From a virus (Duplodnaviria; Caudoviricetes), in the IMG/VR virus record IMGVR_UViG_3300010362_000034, positions 1 to 45,317 of that record: a stretch of DNA of 45,317 nt. One strand, 5' to 3'. Shown one piece after another: positions 17,692 through 27,856 of the stretch. Made by a program: the position numbers and the translations under genes. The notes under the pieces were generated by a model that saw only the letters and a list, made by a program, of their open reading frames with translations, did no database searches and had not been told where the DNA came from. How positions within the stretch are numbered: position 1 is the stretch's first letter; every line of letters begins with the position of its first letter.

Positions 17692-19154
17692 GACGGACAA
17701 CGAAACAAATTCTTATCGCGGCCGGTTTGGCCATTGTTATTTTGTTATTTGTGTTTTGCGGCCGCACCGTGCTGGGCGCTACCGAGCCGATTAACGCCGA
17801 TACCAAGACGCACAAGGTAGTTTCGCCTACCACGATTGATTTTGGCAGTGTGACCGTGCTGGGGTTACCCATTGGATCCAGCACTTTCCTGGCGCTTACC
17901 GATACGCCAGACAGTTACAGCGGGCAGGCCGGTAACATTGCACAGGTAAACCCAAGCGAGACAGGCTTAATCTTCGCCGCGCCACCATTGGGACCGCCCG
18001 GCCCAGCGGGCAGCCCGGGTCCCACAGGAAGCCCGGGGCCGCAAGGCATACCGGGGCCTACCGGGAGCCCGGGCCCAGCAGGTAGCCCAGGTCCCGCAGG
18101 TTCACCAGGGCCAGCGGGGCCAGCAGGGAGTCCAGGTCCCACAGGCAGCCCGGGACCGCAAGGCATCCCAGGACCCACAGGGAGCCCAGGGCCAGCGGGT
18201 AGCCCGGGTGTGGGTGTGCCTACAGGTGGCACAAATGGCCAGGTGCTCACCAAAAACAGCGCTACCAACTACGATACGATTTGGAGCAGTCCCAGCGGCA
18301 CGGGCACGGTCACGAGTGTAACTGCGGGGAATCTACTGCCGTTGTTTGCCGCCAGTGTAAGCAATAGCACAACGACGCCTGCGATTACTTTTACCGCGCC
18401 TACCGCACCCGCAAATACCTTCTACGGAAACAGCGATAACGCCACGAGCGCCACGCCAGCCTTCGTGCGGCCTAACTTTAGCAATCTACTGGGCACAGCC
18501 AGTCTCGCGCAAGGTGGCACTGGGACCACACTGGGTGCTGAACCGCCACTGGGCAATCCACCGAGCACCGTGCCCTGGTATGTTCCAATTAAGAACAATG
18601 CCGGGCAGGTGGCTTGGATGCCCGGGTCTGGCAACCCAACAGGCGTGCCATTTACGACAAATCCGACCTTCATCGGGACGCTAACCGTGCCCACGCTAGT
18701 TCCAACTAACATCATCGGGACAAACACCAACAATAACGCGGCAGCGGGCGCGGTAGGCGAAACAGTAACAAGCGCTTTGCCATCCGCGAGCCAGGTTGTC
18801 TATACCAGCGCGCAAACAAAGAACCTTACCAGTATCTCGCTTACGGCTGGGGATTGGGACGTGCGGGGCAATGTGAATTGTTTCTTCAATAACCTGCCAG
18901 CGAATACTTCCTATGCGGCGTCTGCGAGCATTAGCACCACGACAAACACGCAAGTTGACGACGGTTTCGGCGCGGGAGTTATCGCCACAGCCCCCAGTGC
19001 CACGACTTTAACCAGGATTGGCTCCCTGGCTCTGCCGCCACATCGGGTCAGTCTTTCAAGCACAACCACGATTTATCTCGTGGTAACCGCGCCAACGTTC
19101 GCCAGTGGCGGCTTTGCTGCCTACGGCTTCATCGAGGCAAGGAGGATGCGGTGA
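17688..19154 (+). CDS. collagen-like tail fibre protein
   Basis: G-X-Y run, [12 protein letters not shown] motif, C-terminal [13 protein letters not shown]...ARR fibre-tip domain. Confidence 0.8.
   Translation: MRRTTKQILIAAGLAIVILLFVFCGRTVLGATEPINADTKTHKVVSPTTIDFGSVTVLGLPIGSSTFLALTDTPDSYSGQAGNIAQVNPSETGLIFAAPPLGPPGPAGSPGPTGSPGPQGIPGPTGSPGPAGSPGPAGSPGPAGPAGSPGPTGSPGPQGIPGPTGSPGPAGSPGVGVPTGGTNGQVLTKNSATNYDTIWSSPSGTGTVTSVTAGNLLPLFAASVSNSTTTPAITFTAPTAPANTFYGNSDNATSATPAFVRPNFSNLLGTASLAQGGTGTTLGAEPPLGNPPSTVPWYVPIKNNAGQVAWMPGSGNPTGVPFTTNPTFIGTLTVPTLVPTNIIGTNTNNNAAAGAVGETVTSALPSASQVVYTSAQTKNLTSISLTAGDWDVRGNVNCFFNNLPANTSYAASASISTTTNTQVDDGFGAGVIATAPSATTLTRIGSLALPPHRVSLSSTTTIYLVVTAPTFASGGFAAYGFIEARRMR
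17991..18210 (+). repeat. collagen Gly-X-Y repeat region
   Basis: [31 protein letters not shown] occurs twice at protein level with varied codons. Confidence 0.9.
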
Positions 19155-19182
19155 GCTACGCAGGAGTAAGGAGAATGGCAAA

Positions 19183-19797
19183 ATGAACCACCAAAATTTA
19201 ACGATTAACCATCGACTTGAAAGCTGGGTGTATCCAAACGCAGCGGCCCGGAATAGTGCCCTGGGTTTTGTTGCCGCCGATGTGGGCCGGATAGCTTACC
19301 AATCTGATACCGGCCAGTATTGGCGGCTAACGAGCATAACGCCTACCTGGCAGATCTTACAACCTACTCCCACACCTGTGTATGCCAGTTTGCAAACCCC
19401 GGCAGCGTCGCCTGTGGGAACCTCGGTGGCCAGTCCGGGCGTGATGATGGGACTTGGCATCGGGCACACTCTTACGCCAACAGCCAGTGGCAAGGTGTTT
19501 CTCGCCTTTAGTGGGTCAATCGGTAACGGTGTGGCGGCCAAAGCTGTGGCCGGGCAGATACGCTACGGAACGGGCGCACCCCCGGCTAACGGTGCGCCAC
19601 CAAGTGGCACCGTAGCGGGCGGTGTATTCGGCGCCCAGGGCAATTTTGCAAACGAGACCGCGCCGCTCTCGGGCAGCGCCGTGCTCACAGGCTTGACGCC
19701 AGGTGTGGCTTACTGGTTCGACCTGCAACTTTGGACCGCGCCGGGCGGGATTGGCATTGTCGCCGGTGTGGGTATTTCAGCAATCGAAGTCCCATGA
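19183..19797 (+). CDS. tail fibre/spike-associated protein
   Basis: GVMMGLG, RYGTGAPPANG, LTGLTPGVAYWFDL beta-rich domain; start site uncertain. Confidence 0.65.
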   Translation: MNHQNLTINHRLESWVYPNAAARNSALGFVAADVGRIAYQSDTGQYWRLTSITPTWQILQPTPTPVYASLQTPAASPVGTSVASPGVMMGLGIGHTLTPTASGKVFLAFSGSIGNGVAAKAVAGQIRYGTGAPPANGAPPSGTVAGGVFGAQGNFANETAPLSGSAVLTGLTPGVAYWFDLQLWTAPGGIGIVAGVGISAIEVP

Positions 19798-21347
19798 GAA
19801 AGGCAAATTTCCGGGACGACGTGTTATGGGCGCTGGCCTACAAGCTGGGTTACGACCCGCGCAGACGCGGCCTGTTAAAGAACCAGGCGGAAGCGCTGGT
19901 GAGTTTCATTAACGCGTGGGTGGGCCGCACCTGGGATAACTTCGACCGGCCGGAATGGACGGTGATTGAAGAGCGGACCCCGGATCAAAACCATTATGTG
20001 GCTTACCAACAACTGGAGAAACGGGTGATTAACCGGCCGTTAAAGGTGTATCTGGTGGATCCGCAAAAGATCCAGGGACCCAGTGACACGCACTTTGATC
20101 TACTGGACAAAGGCTTGCATGTGGGCTGGGATCACGGCCCTACGGTATGGATTAAGTTTATTCCCGAGGCGCCCACCTTCACCGCAGAAGCGTGGGACAC
20201 GGCGGAGGTTTACCAAAGGGGCGAGCTTACCTACTCGCCTGTGACGGGCCAATGTTACAAAAGCCGTTCCGGCGCGAACCAGGGAAACGATCCCACCGGA
20301 CAACAAGGGGCGGATCCACTGCCTTTAACTGTGGCAGTAGTGCAAACCGCGCAGCCGGAGCAACCGGCAATACAGGGACGGCCACAAATTACCAAAGTGA
20401 CCCAGCACCAGGAATTGCTGGATACCTGGCAAACACAACATACCTGGGACATTCTGGACGCAACGGGCGCGGTGATCGGCAGCGCTACTTACCAGGCTGC
20501 CCAGGGTGAGGCGGCTGCCGATATTCTGATGGCCATCTATAATTCCCTTACCGGTAACGCTGCCCTTAGTGCTTTTACGTTCACATTAGATACAGCGACT
20601 TTAACGATCCAGGTTCAAGCGGACCAGTTCTTTGCCGTTCGCTCCTACTATTTCTCTTATACCACGCCGGAAGTGGACACGGTGACTACCGGCGCGCCGG
20701 GTGATCCGCTGGAATTGGTCTATGGCGATGATGCGGAAATCGTGACTGTGGGCCCCGCTCCAGTGCCGCCGATGCACACCGCCTATAACACGATTAACAA
20801 CGTTCAATACTACGTGCAGGCAGTGCCGTTCAGCCCTGCTTTGGCGCAGATCATTCAATTAAGCATGAGCGCGCAAAGCGCCACCCCGAAAGCCTCATAC
20901 GAGCTGACCTTTATCGATACCAGCTCCGTGTTGCACTCCATTAGTTATACCAACCCGGGGGGTTCCGCTCTGGCCATTTTGCAAGGGATCGTGAATGAAA
21001 TTCAGGCGTCCAGCGACCCGTTCTTTAATGCCATGTCCACATTGATCGATCCGGCGCTATTGACACTGAAATTTTCCTCCCGGGACATGGTAACTTTGAA
21101 CGCGGAAATCGTGCCGATGGGAAATCCCTGGTGGGACATTATCTGTTTCCCGCGTGCCCTGGTGGACACGGTGGTAACTGGCGCTTACTCCGATGCCCTT
21201 AAAGAGAGCGGCCAGACTGACAAAGGCCAGGTAGAACAACAGGGAGCCAGCGCGGAGGATGCCGCGGCTACACAAAAACAAATAGCCCCGGCTTACACCA
21301 ATTTAACAGACCAGGAGAAACCGGCACCGAGGTATAGGACCGCTTAA
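19794..21347 (+). CDS. tail adaptor / tubular protein A-like, paralog 2 with inserted beta-rich domain
   Basis: N- and C-terminal motifs align by eye with 16360..17691; ATGA-coupled start. Confidence 0.6.
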   Translation: MRKANFRDDVLWALAYKLGYDPRRRGLLKNQAEALVSFINAWVGRTWDNFDRPEWTVIEERTPDQNHYVAYQQLEKRVINRPLKVYLVDPQKIQGPSDTHFDLLDKGLHVGWDHGPTVWIKFIPEAPTFTAEAWDTAEVYQRGELTYSPVTGQCYKSRSGANQGNDPTGQQGADPLPLTVAVVQTAQPEQPAIQGRPQITKVTQHQELLDTWQTQHTWDILDATGAVIGSATYQAAQGEAAADILMAIYNSLTGNAALSAFTFTLDTATLTIQVQADQFFAVRSYYFSYTTPEVDTVTTGAPGDPLELVYGDDAEIVTVGPAPVPPMHTAYNTINNVQYYVQAVPFSPALAQIIQLSMSAQSATPKASYELTFIDTSSVLHSISYTNPGGSALAILQGIVNEIQASSDPFFNAMSTLIDPALLTLKFSSRDMVTLNAEIVPMGNPWWDIICFPRALVDTVVTGAYSDALKESGQTDKGQVEQQGASAEDAAATQKQIAPAYTNLTDQEKPAPRYRTA

Positions 21348-21349
21348 AA

Positions 21350-21514
21350 ATGGTGCGATTACTTACAGGCATTTTCGGGAGCACAGAGGCTTACGCGCTC
21401 ATGGATTTCCAGCTTTTACCGGCTGGCCCGGTAGTAGCTGCCCAAATAACGGGTGAGCAGGAGGTAGGCGGCGCCACGCTTACCACGCCCACCATAGGAG
21501 CGCGATTGCCATAA
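21350..21514 (+). CDS. hypothetical 54-aa protein
   Basis: Hand-translated MVRLLTGIFGSTEAYALMDF...; fills the gap exactly. Confidence 0.55.
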   Translation: MVRLLTGIFGSTEAYALMDFQLLPAGPVVAAQITGEQEVGGATLTTPTIGARLP

Positions 21515-21536
21515 GGGAGAAAGAGAGGGTAAAGCC

Positions 21537-22304
21537 ATCGCTGAAATTTACGATAAAGGGCCCGGCGAAAAATGTTTGATCCTGGGCATCCGGGAATATT
21601 TCCTTTACCCATTCCAGGCGCCGAACTGGCTGGACTTGCGGGTAGGCGCTTTCCTGTCAATCACCGATGAGAGCGACGATGATTTGATTACCGGCCTGTC
21701 GGAAACCATCGGGAGCAACCACGTGGTGGACGGCTACCAGGATCGGCACTTCATAGGACTAAGAAGCCAGGCAGCCGGTCCGAGCTGGGTGTTTGCCGGG
21801 TTTACGAATGTTTTTGATACCAACGGAAAAAAGGGACTCCAGCAGCTTGTCACCAGCGACCAGGGTATAGGCACTACCAACGCAAATTTCTGGCGGCCGC
21901 GGAACGATGAAGGCGGCCCGTCAGTGGACGTAGCTTGCGCTTCTATTCTGGATAGCGGACCGGTCCGCGCCTATGGCGGGGATGGCTTACAACAACATTT
22001 CCCGCAGAACGTAGCTGGCGCCGGGGGTTACGCGGTGATGCTGGGCATCCAGCTTTTACGGGACCGCGTGGACTCCAACATTCTCACCATGAAAATCAAA
22101 AGTGCGATCCACAGTGCGGACATGTTTTACACCAACACGCCCAGTGACGACCTACTGCATACCACCTTGTCCGCCTGGACGCCGGACGTGCGGCAACTGG
22201 GCCCGGTGCAACTAAGCAGGCTCCCTACCGCGCTCTACTTTTACTGGCCATTTCGCAACAGCCGTTTGCGGATCCACGCCTGTGGCGTGCTCAAGGCACG
22301 GTGA
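21537..22304 (+). CDS. putative virion protein; probable ATC start (alternative TTG at 21576)
   Basis: Frame is open from ATC-GCT-GAA at 21537 with GAGGGT 6 nt upstream. Confidence 0.6.
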   Translation: MAEIYDKGPGEKCLILGIREYFLYPFQAPNWLDLRVGAFLSITDESDDDLITGLSETIGSNHVVDGYQDRHFIGLRSQAAGPSWVFAGFTNVFDTNGKKGLQQLVTSDQGIGTTNANFWRPRNDEGGPSVDVACASILDSGPVRAYGGDGLQQHFPQNVAGAGGYAVMLGIQLLRDRVDSNILTMKIKSAIHSADMFYTNTPSDDLLHTTLSAWTPDVRQLGPVQLSRLPTALYFYWPFRNSRLRIHACGVLKAR

Positions 22305-22311
22305 TACGCCC

Positions 22312-22620
22312 ATGACGGAAAAGTGCGCACAACTTCACATCGCCGGAGCGGCTGCCAGCTACGAGCCGGTGCAAAACTCGGTGAACCTTACCGGGATCAT
22401 CCTTTGTTGCAGCACAGGCGGCGGCACCATCGAGGTAACAAACCGGGAAACAACGCCCAAACATTTAATGGCGCCATTCAGCATCGCGCCGCACCCCGAT
22501 GGCGGGCCGCAGGATTATTTCCCGGAGAAACCGCTGCCCATGAACGGAGGCATTAAAATCACCGTCTCGGGAGGGACGCCGGTGATAGACGCATGGATTT
22601 GGTATCAGACAAACCAATAA
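22312..22620 (+). CDS. small beta-sandwich virion protein
   Basis: Beta-rich 102-aa ORF in the structural module. Confidence 0.6.
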   Translation: MTEKCAQLHIAGAAASYEPVQNSVNLTGIILCCSTGGGTIEVTNRETTPKHLMAPFSIAPHPDGGPQDYFPEKPLPMNGGIKITVSGGTPVIDAWIWYQTNQ

Positions 22621-22635
22621 AGGAAGGAGAAAAAA

Positions 22636-22731
22636 ATGGCAGACGCAGAAACACCGAAACCAACGAAACCCGCGCCGACACCGGCGCCGGAACCGGAACC
22701 GAAGCCGGGTGACGGCGGCGGTAACGAGTAG
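22636..22731 (+). CDS. 31-aa Pro-rich peptide
   Basis: AGGAAGGAG RBS then MADAETPKPTKPAPTPAPEPEPKPGDGGGNE*. Confidence 0.6.
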   Translation: MADAETPKPTKPAPTPAPEPEPKPGDGGGNE

Positions 22732-22922
22732 TGAACGCCGATTACTTCGCAGTCTATTCCACGGCCGACCTGGTGAAGCTACTGGACCAAACGCCAGGCG
22801 AAAGCGCCACGCACCGGGCGGCCGAGGAAGAGCTGCGGAGAAGAGAAACCGAAGCCAAAAGAGACACGCAAACCCGGATGTTATTTAACCCGGAGACCTG
22901 GGATAACACGAAGCGACCGTGA
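22731..22922 (+). CDS. hypothetical protein
   Basis: Overlapping stop/start coupling on both sides. Confidence 0.55.
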   Translation: MNADYFAVYSTADLVKLLDQTPGESATHRAAEEELRRRETEAKRDTQTRMLFNPETWDNTKRP

Positions 22923-23170
22923 ACGCACAAGAGGCAGAGCAATTACTGGAGAGCGCGGCAGCGAAGTTAATGGAGCACTTCGGCGCGGTGCAAATTTTTG
23001 CTTCGTGGACCGAGGAAGGTTACACCAAATGCTCCAAGCGCGGCGGGGGCGATTGGTATGCCCGGCAGGGGATGGCGCACGAGTTTATTAACCAGGACCA
23101 GGCGCAGCTACAGGCTTACGAAATAACGCGGGCAGAGGGAGAGCAGGGCGATGGCGGACAGGTGGAGTAG
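22919..23170 (+). CDS. hypothetical phage protein
   Basis: LMEHFGAVQIFAS...GGGDWYARQG pattern. Confidence 0.65.
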   Translation: MNAQEAEQLLESAAAKLMEHFGAVQIFASWTEEGYTKCSKRGGGDWYARQGMAHEFINQDQAQLQAYEITRAEGEQGDGGQVE

Positions 23171-24944
23171 CTACACACAGCGCGATACGCGGGTAACACG
23201 CGACGGCGATACTCAGTTCATCGGCGTGGATATGACGCGCGACCCGGACCAGCTCGGGCCCGGGATGATGAGCAGGAGCGAGAACAAACGGTGCCGGAAC
23301 CGCAAATGCCAGACCCGGCCGGGCACGGCGCTCCCCGGAGATTTTAACCCGGTATTTGGCAATTACCTGAATGGCTCGGGCGTGTATAACAACCCCAACG
23401 CGGATGAAGTGCTACTGGTGTCTCCGCTTAACACGAGTTTCATTTGGGTGCTGGAGTATGGGAAAGACCCTTACAAGGTAAACCTGGATGCTGGCAGGAC
23501 TACCGGGACCGGCGGGGTAGAATTTGTGCAGAGCTTTGACAAGGTTTACATGCTGCGCCGTCCCAGCCCGGATCCGGTGCCGCTGGTATGGGACGGGACC
23601 CCGCCAGTGGGGGGCAGCTCGGTAAGCCCCACCATGTTTAAGCTGGCTACCCTGGATAACGCGCCCGATGGCAGCAAGGTGATCCCGGCTACCACACATG
23701 GCCAGCCGTTTAAGGACCGGATCCTGCTTTACAACGCGCAATGGCCACCGGTGCCGTGGCGGGATCAAATTCTACAGACGGACGTAGGCAATTACTCCAG
23801 CTACGATCCGGTGTGGGGCGTGTTTCGCATTAACTCGGGCGAGAGCGATTGGATTACCCGGGTGTTTCCGTTTGTTTCTGAAAATGGCGTGGTAGTGGGT
23901 AAACGGCGCACCATTCATTTACTGGAAAACTTTACACTGGATCCCACCAAAGCCAGCCAGCGCATGTTATCGAGTAAGCACGGTGTGCTCTCAAACAAGT
24001 GCGTGATCGAGGACGGTGCGGACGCTATCTTTCTCGATGAACCGGGCGGGTTTTACCGGTTAAGCGAAGTCATTTCCGAGCAGATCGCCACGGACCCGGT
24101 GCCAGTGAGCGAAGAGATCCAGCCGTTGATCGACCGGATAAACTGGGGCCCGGCGCAAAACTGGGCGTGCAGCCAGGTGTTGGACCGTTACGGTTTCTTC
24201 GCTGTGCCATTGGATTTTACCCAGGGCGGTAACAACGCCATCCTGGTGATAAACCTTACCACGCGCAAATGGGAGAGCGTGCCGGATTGGTGGCAGGATC
24301 CCAGTTTCAGAATCAACGCGCTACATGTGCTGGCGTATGACGGTAAACCGCGCCTTTACGGTGTGGACAATTATAACAGCGCTGTTTACCTGCTTTACGA
24401 AGGCGTAGGCGATAACCTGGTAAGGGGCCTTTACCCGGTGCGCGACGTGTTTCAAAGCCGCGGTTACACCGGGAACGATCCCGCCAGCTTTAAACGGCAC
24501 CAGCAAGCCATCCTGGGGTTATCGACTTTTAATCCCAGCATTGAAGTGACGGCCATCGTGGACGGTTACAACGAGGAAAAAGTGTTGACCGAGAACGGCC
24601 CGCTTACCAAAGACCGGTTGAGCTTTTATACGCATGGCCACCCCGATTTCGACCCGGACACGATGGACCCTAACGAGCCGATGCGGGAAGATTATTCCGT
24701 CACCGCGCTGGATGATTATGCGGGCCAGGATTTTGAGACGTTGCCCGTGGGCCCTGTTTTCAGTGTGCCAGGGACCGCGCCGCCAGTAGCCAGCCCGAAA
24801 CAAGAGACCCTGGAGCGTTTCCCCATCCTGGAAAATGGCAGGTGGGTATGCATCCGCGTGGAGAACGAGGGGGGCGCCTGCGACATACTGGGCTGCGGCG
24901 TGGATAGCATACCGATTTCCGAGACTGCGAGGATGCTGGCATGA
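23151..24944 (+). CDS. tail tubular protein B / nozzle (T7 gp12, P22 gp10 type)
   Basis: 597 aa, beta-propeller-like; PVSEEIQPLIDRIN motif; synteny before ejection proteins. Confidence 0.75.
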   Translation: MADRWSSYTQRDTRVTRDGDTQFIGVDMTRDPDQLGPGMMSRSENKRCRNRKCQTRPGTALPGDFNPVFGNYLNGSGVYNNPNADEVLLVSPLNTSFIWVLEYGKDPYKVNLDAGRTTGTGGVEFVQSFDKVYMLRRPSPDPVPLVWDGTPPVGGSSVSPTMFKLATLDNAPDGSKVIPATTHGQPFKDRILLYNAQWPPVPWRDQILQTDVGNYSSYDPVWGVFRINSGESDWITRVFPFVSENGVVVGKRRTIHLLENFTLDPTKASQRMLSSKHGVLSNKCVIEDGADAIFLDEPGGFYRLSEVISEQIATDPVPVSEEIQPLIDRINWGPAQNWACSQVLDRYGFFAVPLDFTQGGNNAILVINLTTRKWESVPDWWQDPSFRINALHVLAYDGKPRLYGVDNYNSAVYLLYEGVGDNLVRGLYPVRDVFQSRGYTGNDPASFKRHQQAILGLSTFNPSIEVTAIVDGYNEEKVLTENGPLTKDRLSFYTHGHPDFDPDTMDPNEPMREDYSVTALDDYAGQDFETLPVGPVFSVPGTAPPVASPKQETLERFPILENGRWVCIRVENEGGACDILGCGVDSIPISETARMLA

Positions 24945-25345
24945 GGATTATAGCACCCGCGCTGCCACTGCTTAACAACGAGCGAAACACGCCCTTTCGC
25001 CTGGCGGAACTGTGGTATGCGCATTACAGCGATGTGCCGCTGGCGCGCGATGTGCTCTTTTACCTGGAGCACGGGGTAGTGATTTCCAGCCCCGCCTGTT
25101 TCGCCCTGGCCAGTATTAGCGATCTGCGGCCGCAGGATAAAGAGGGAAAACCGATAGGCGATACGCCCGAGTGGGGCTGGTTTGTGCGGTTCGCATCCGG
25201 GGATCTCGCCGCACTGCTTAACGCGGTGCCGTGTTATCTCCCGAAGATTTCATTTCACAGGGATAACAAGGAAGTAAGGCGCGTGTGGCGGCTGGACCGG
25301 CTGATAGCCGTGGCCCGAGCGCGTGCGGGGAAAGGGAGGGTGTAA
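24941..25345 (+). CDS. small post-nozzle protein, possibly GNAT-fold
   Basis: Position equivalent to T7 gp13 / P22 gp14; fold is inferred. Confidence 0.5.
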   Translation: MRIIAPALPLLNNERNTPFRLAELWYAHYSDVPLARDVLFYLEHGVVISSPACFALASISDLRPQDKEGKPIGDTPEWGWFVRFASGDLAALLNAVPCYLPKISFHRDNKEVRRVWRLDRLIAVARARAGKGRV

Positions 25346-25347
25346 CA

Positions 25348-26139
25348 ATGGGCGGCATGATGGGCGGGGCACCGAACATACCAAAAACCAACATACCGGG
25401 AGACATTAAACAGGCGCTACAACTGTTTAAGAAAAATCAGCTCCCGATGTTTAACAGATTTTTTAACAACGAAGATTTGCTCTCTGGCTCGCGGGACATT
25501 GCGCTGGGAATGCAAAGGGAATTGCCACAGCTCACCGGAGGATTGCGCCGGATGATAGGCCAATTACCGGATGCGAGCGCGCTGGCCGGGCCGCTGAGAG
25601 ATGTTTATGGCTCCCTGGCAGGCATTTACAGGAGCCAGATCCAACCCACGCTCCAGAGCGGCGGCGCGCTTTCCCAGGAGCAGATGAACACGCAAAACCA
25701 GGAAACCTACCGACAATTTGCCGAGCTGGGTAATTTACGCGGGAACCAGGCCATCGCGCAAAGCCTCTTAAACCGGGAACAATACCGGCAGCAGCGCTTT
25801 AACACCGCGCTGGACCAGGGACTCGGGATTAGCGGCGAAGAACGCGGGCTGGCCAGCTCGATCCAGGGACTTTACGGGCAAAACATCGGGCTCCAACAAG
25901 CGCTGAGCGGATCCATCCAGGGCCTGGAATCCGGCGCCATTACCCCATCGTTACAAACGGAGCAGACGGCGCAACAAACTTTTACCGGGCTGGAGGATCC
26001 TATTTTGCAGTATTTCGGGCAAGCGTCCGCGCGCAACCAGGAAGCAGCCGCAAACGAGGCGGTAGCTGGCGCGAACAAGGGCGGCAGCACATTAAGCACG
26101 ATAGGAAGCATCGCCGGTGCCGCGGCTACGGCCTATTAA
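25348..26139 (+). CDS. DNA ejection (internal virion) protein
   Basis: MGGMMGG start, Q/G/A-rich helices, hydrophobic GSIAGAAATAY end. Confidence 0.7.
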   Translation: MGGMMGGAPNIPKTNIPGDIKQALQLFKKNQLPMFNRFFNNEDLLSGSRDIALGMQRELPQLTGGLRRMIGQLPDASALAGPLRDVYGSLAGIYRSQIQPTLQSGGALSQEQMNTQNQETYRQFAELGNLRGNQAIAQSLLNREQYRQQRFNTALDQGLGISGEERGLASSIQGLYGQNIGLQQALSGSIQGLESGAITPSLQTEQTAQQTFTGLEDPILQYFGQASARNQEAAANEAVAGANKGGSTLSTIGSIAGAAATAY

Positions 26140-26140
26140 C

Positions 26141-26974
26141 ATGAGTAAGATACAAGAGAGCCTGGACTTGATCCGGGCAAAGGCTACGAAAGCCGACAAA
26201 CCCGCGGTGATGCTTTCCTTCGGGAAAGATAGCATGGCGCTGGCTACACTTATTCGCATCGCGCTCTCGACCGGGCTTAACGGACAGCATTTTCCTCTAA
26301 CACACGCTTTCCCGCTCCCGGTAGTCTATTACCGGGATCCCTGGTTTCCGCACAAGAACGAGTTTGCGAATGGCATCATAAGAAGCTGGAGCATGGAAGT
26401 GCACGATTACCCGCCGTTCGCGGCCGGGGTAAAAACAAACGAGCACTCGCTGGAGCTGGTAAGCCGTTACAACTTCGGCGCCGTGGCAATCGATATGCCT
26501 AAGAACGTGGCGGGCCCGGAAGTTTACCCGCGCCGGGATTACATCTGCGGGCTGAACGATTGGCTGGCCCGGCCGAAGGTAGCCTTTACCCCTTACCCGT
26601 GGGACCTGGTATTTATCGGGCACAAATCGAGCGACGTGGATCCTTTCGAGGGCCCGGTGCCGTTAAAGGCCAACTTTGTAAAACTGCCAGGCGTGGAGAT
26701 TGTGTTTCCGCTGCGGGATTGGACCGATGCGGAGGTATGGGAATACATCGAGAGCCAGGCCGTGCCGGTGCAAAAGTCGCGCTATAAAGACCGGCAGGAT
26801 AAGGGCGAGCTTTGGTATAACAACGATTACACGCACGCTTGCACGGCGTGCATCGATCCACGGGAACGGGCGGAAGAAGTCTTTTGCCCAAAGCTAAAGC
26901 GCAACGTGCCGAACCGGGGCGGGCAAGTGCTCCAGTTACACACGATGCCGGATTACATAGGGGAGGAAGGGTAA
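26141..26974 (+). CDS. PAPS reductase-like (PP-loop) protein
   Basis: SFGKDS PP-loop, FPLRDWTDAEVWEYI, C-terminal CTAC...C. Confidence 0.85.
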   Translation: MSKIQESLDLIRAKATKADKPAVMLSFGKDSMALATLIRIALSTGLNGQHFPLTHAFPLPVVYYRDPWFPHKNEFANGIIRSWSMEVHDYPPFAAGVKTNEHSLELVSRYNFGAVAIDMPKNVAGPEVYPRRDYICGLNDWLARPKVAFTPYPWDLVFIGHKSSDVDPFEGPVPLKANFVKLPGVEIVFPLRDWTDAEVWEYIESQAVPVQKSRYKDRQDKGELWYNNDYTHACTACIDPRERAEEVFCPKLKRNVPNRGGQVLQLHTMPDYIGEEG

Positions 26975-26978
26975 CACA

Positions 26979-27854
26979 ATGGCAGATTACGGAGGCGGCA
27001 GTTTCAGTATCTCGGTCCCATACACGGCGCCGCAGATGATCGCGCAGGCAGGTGCGAATTTGGGCTCCAGCTTATCGGAAGCATTCCAGCAATACCATAA
27101 GGATAAGCAGCAAGCGGCGTTTAACGATGCCATGTTCGATTACTTAAAGAACGTCCCCGGCGCCGTGCCGGAGGAAGCGCTGGCCCGTTACCATTCCATG
27201 AACGCGAACCAAAAGAACGCGGTTATTTTGGCTGGGCAATTCGCGCTGAAAGACCGGATGGAGCGCGACGAGCAGACCGCGAAAAATCGCCTGGCACTGG
27301 CGCACGCGAATTATTTGACCGGGAGCGCGGCCGCGCAATTTGCCGGAGCTGGCGGCGGCCCGGGCGGTGTAGCGCCGAAAGGAAAAATCTGGAGCGACGA
27401 ACTGAGCGGCTGGGCTACCCCGGCCCAGGCGGATGCGGCGCGAAGGCGCACACCAGGCTCGCAACTACTGCAAAACTACGCGGTAACGCCGCAGCAGATT
27501 TACGATTCCAAACAACACGAGGCCGGCCGCTGGCAGATCGATCCTAAGACCGGGAACAAGAGTTTCATTAACGACGCTACAGGCGATCAAATCCGCATTG
27601 GTGGGCCCACCGGCGCGGTGATGCCGAAGGAAACGCACGAGTATTACAAGCGGATCCTGGGCGGCCCTACGGTGCCCGGGCCTTCTCCAAACCCGGCCAG
27701 CGCGGTAGGCCAGCCACAGGCACCGGCCGCGGGATCGCCCGCGGGCACGGGCACGGTGCGCGTGATTTCGCCGCAGGGCGTAGCGGGCACCATCCCGGCA
27801 AACCGGTTACAGGAAGCGCTTAACAACGGTTACAGGCAAGCGGGAGGTTACTAA
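26979..27854 (+). CDS. DNA ejection (internal virion) protein
   Basis: A/G/Q-rich; C-terminal VRVISPQGVAGTIP...ALNNGY motif; synteny. Confidence 0.65.
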   Translation: MADYGGGSFSISVPYTAPQMIAQAGANLGSSLSEAFQQYHKDKQQAAFNDAMFDYLKNVPGAVPEEALARYHSMNANQKNAVILAGQFALKDRMERDEQTAKNRLALAHANYLTGSAAAQFAGAGGGPGGVAPKGKIWSDELSGWATPAQADAARRRTPGSQLLQNYAVTPQQIYDSKQHEAGRWQIDPKTGNKSFINDATGDQIRIGGPTGAVMPKETHEYYKRILGGPTVPGPSPNPASAVGQPQAPAAGSPAGTGTVRVISPQGVAGTIPANRLQEALNNGYRQAGGY

Positions 27855-27856
27855 AA

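Noticed and set aside
16360-21347. DGR template/variable repeat pair
   Set aside because: Similarity is at protein level only and no reverse transcriptase is present
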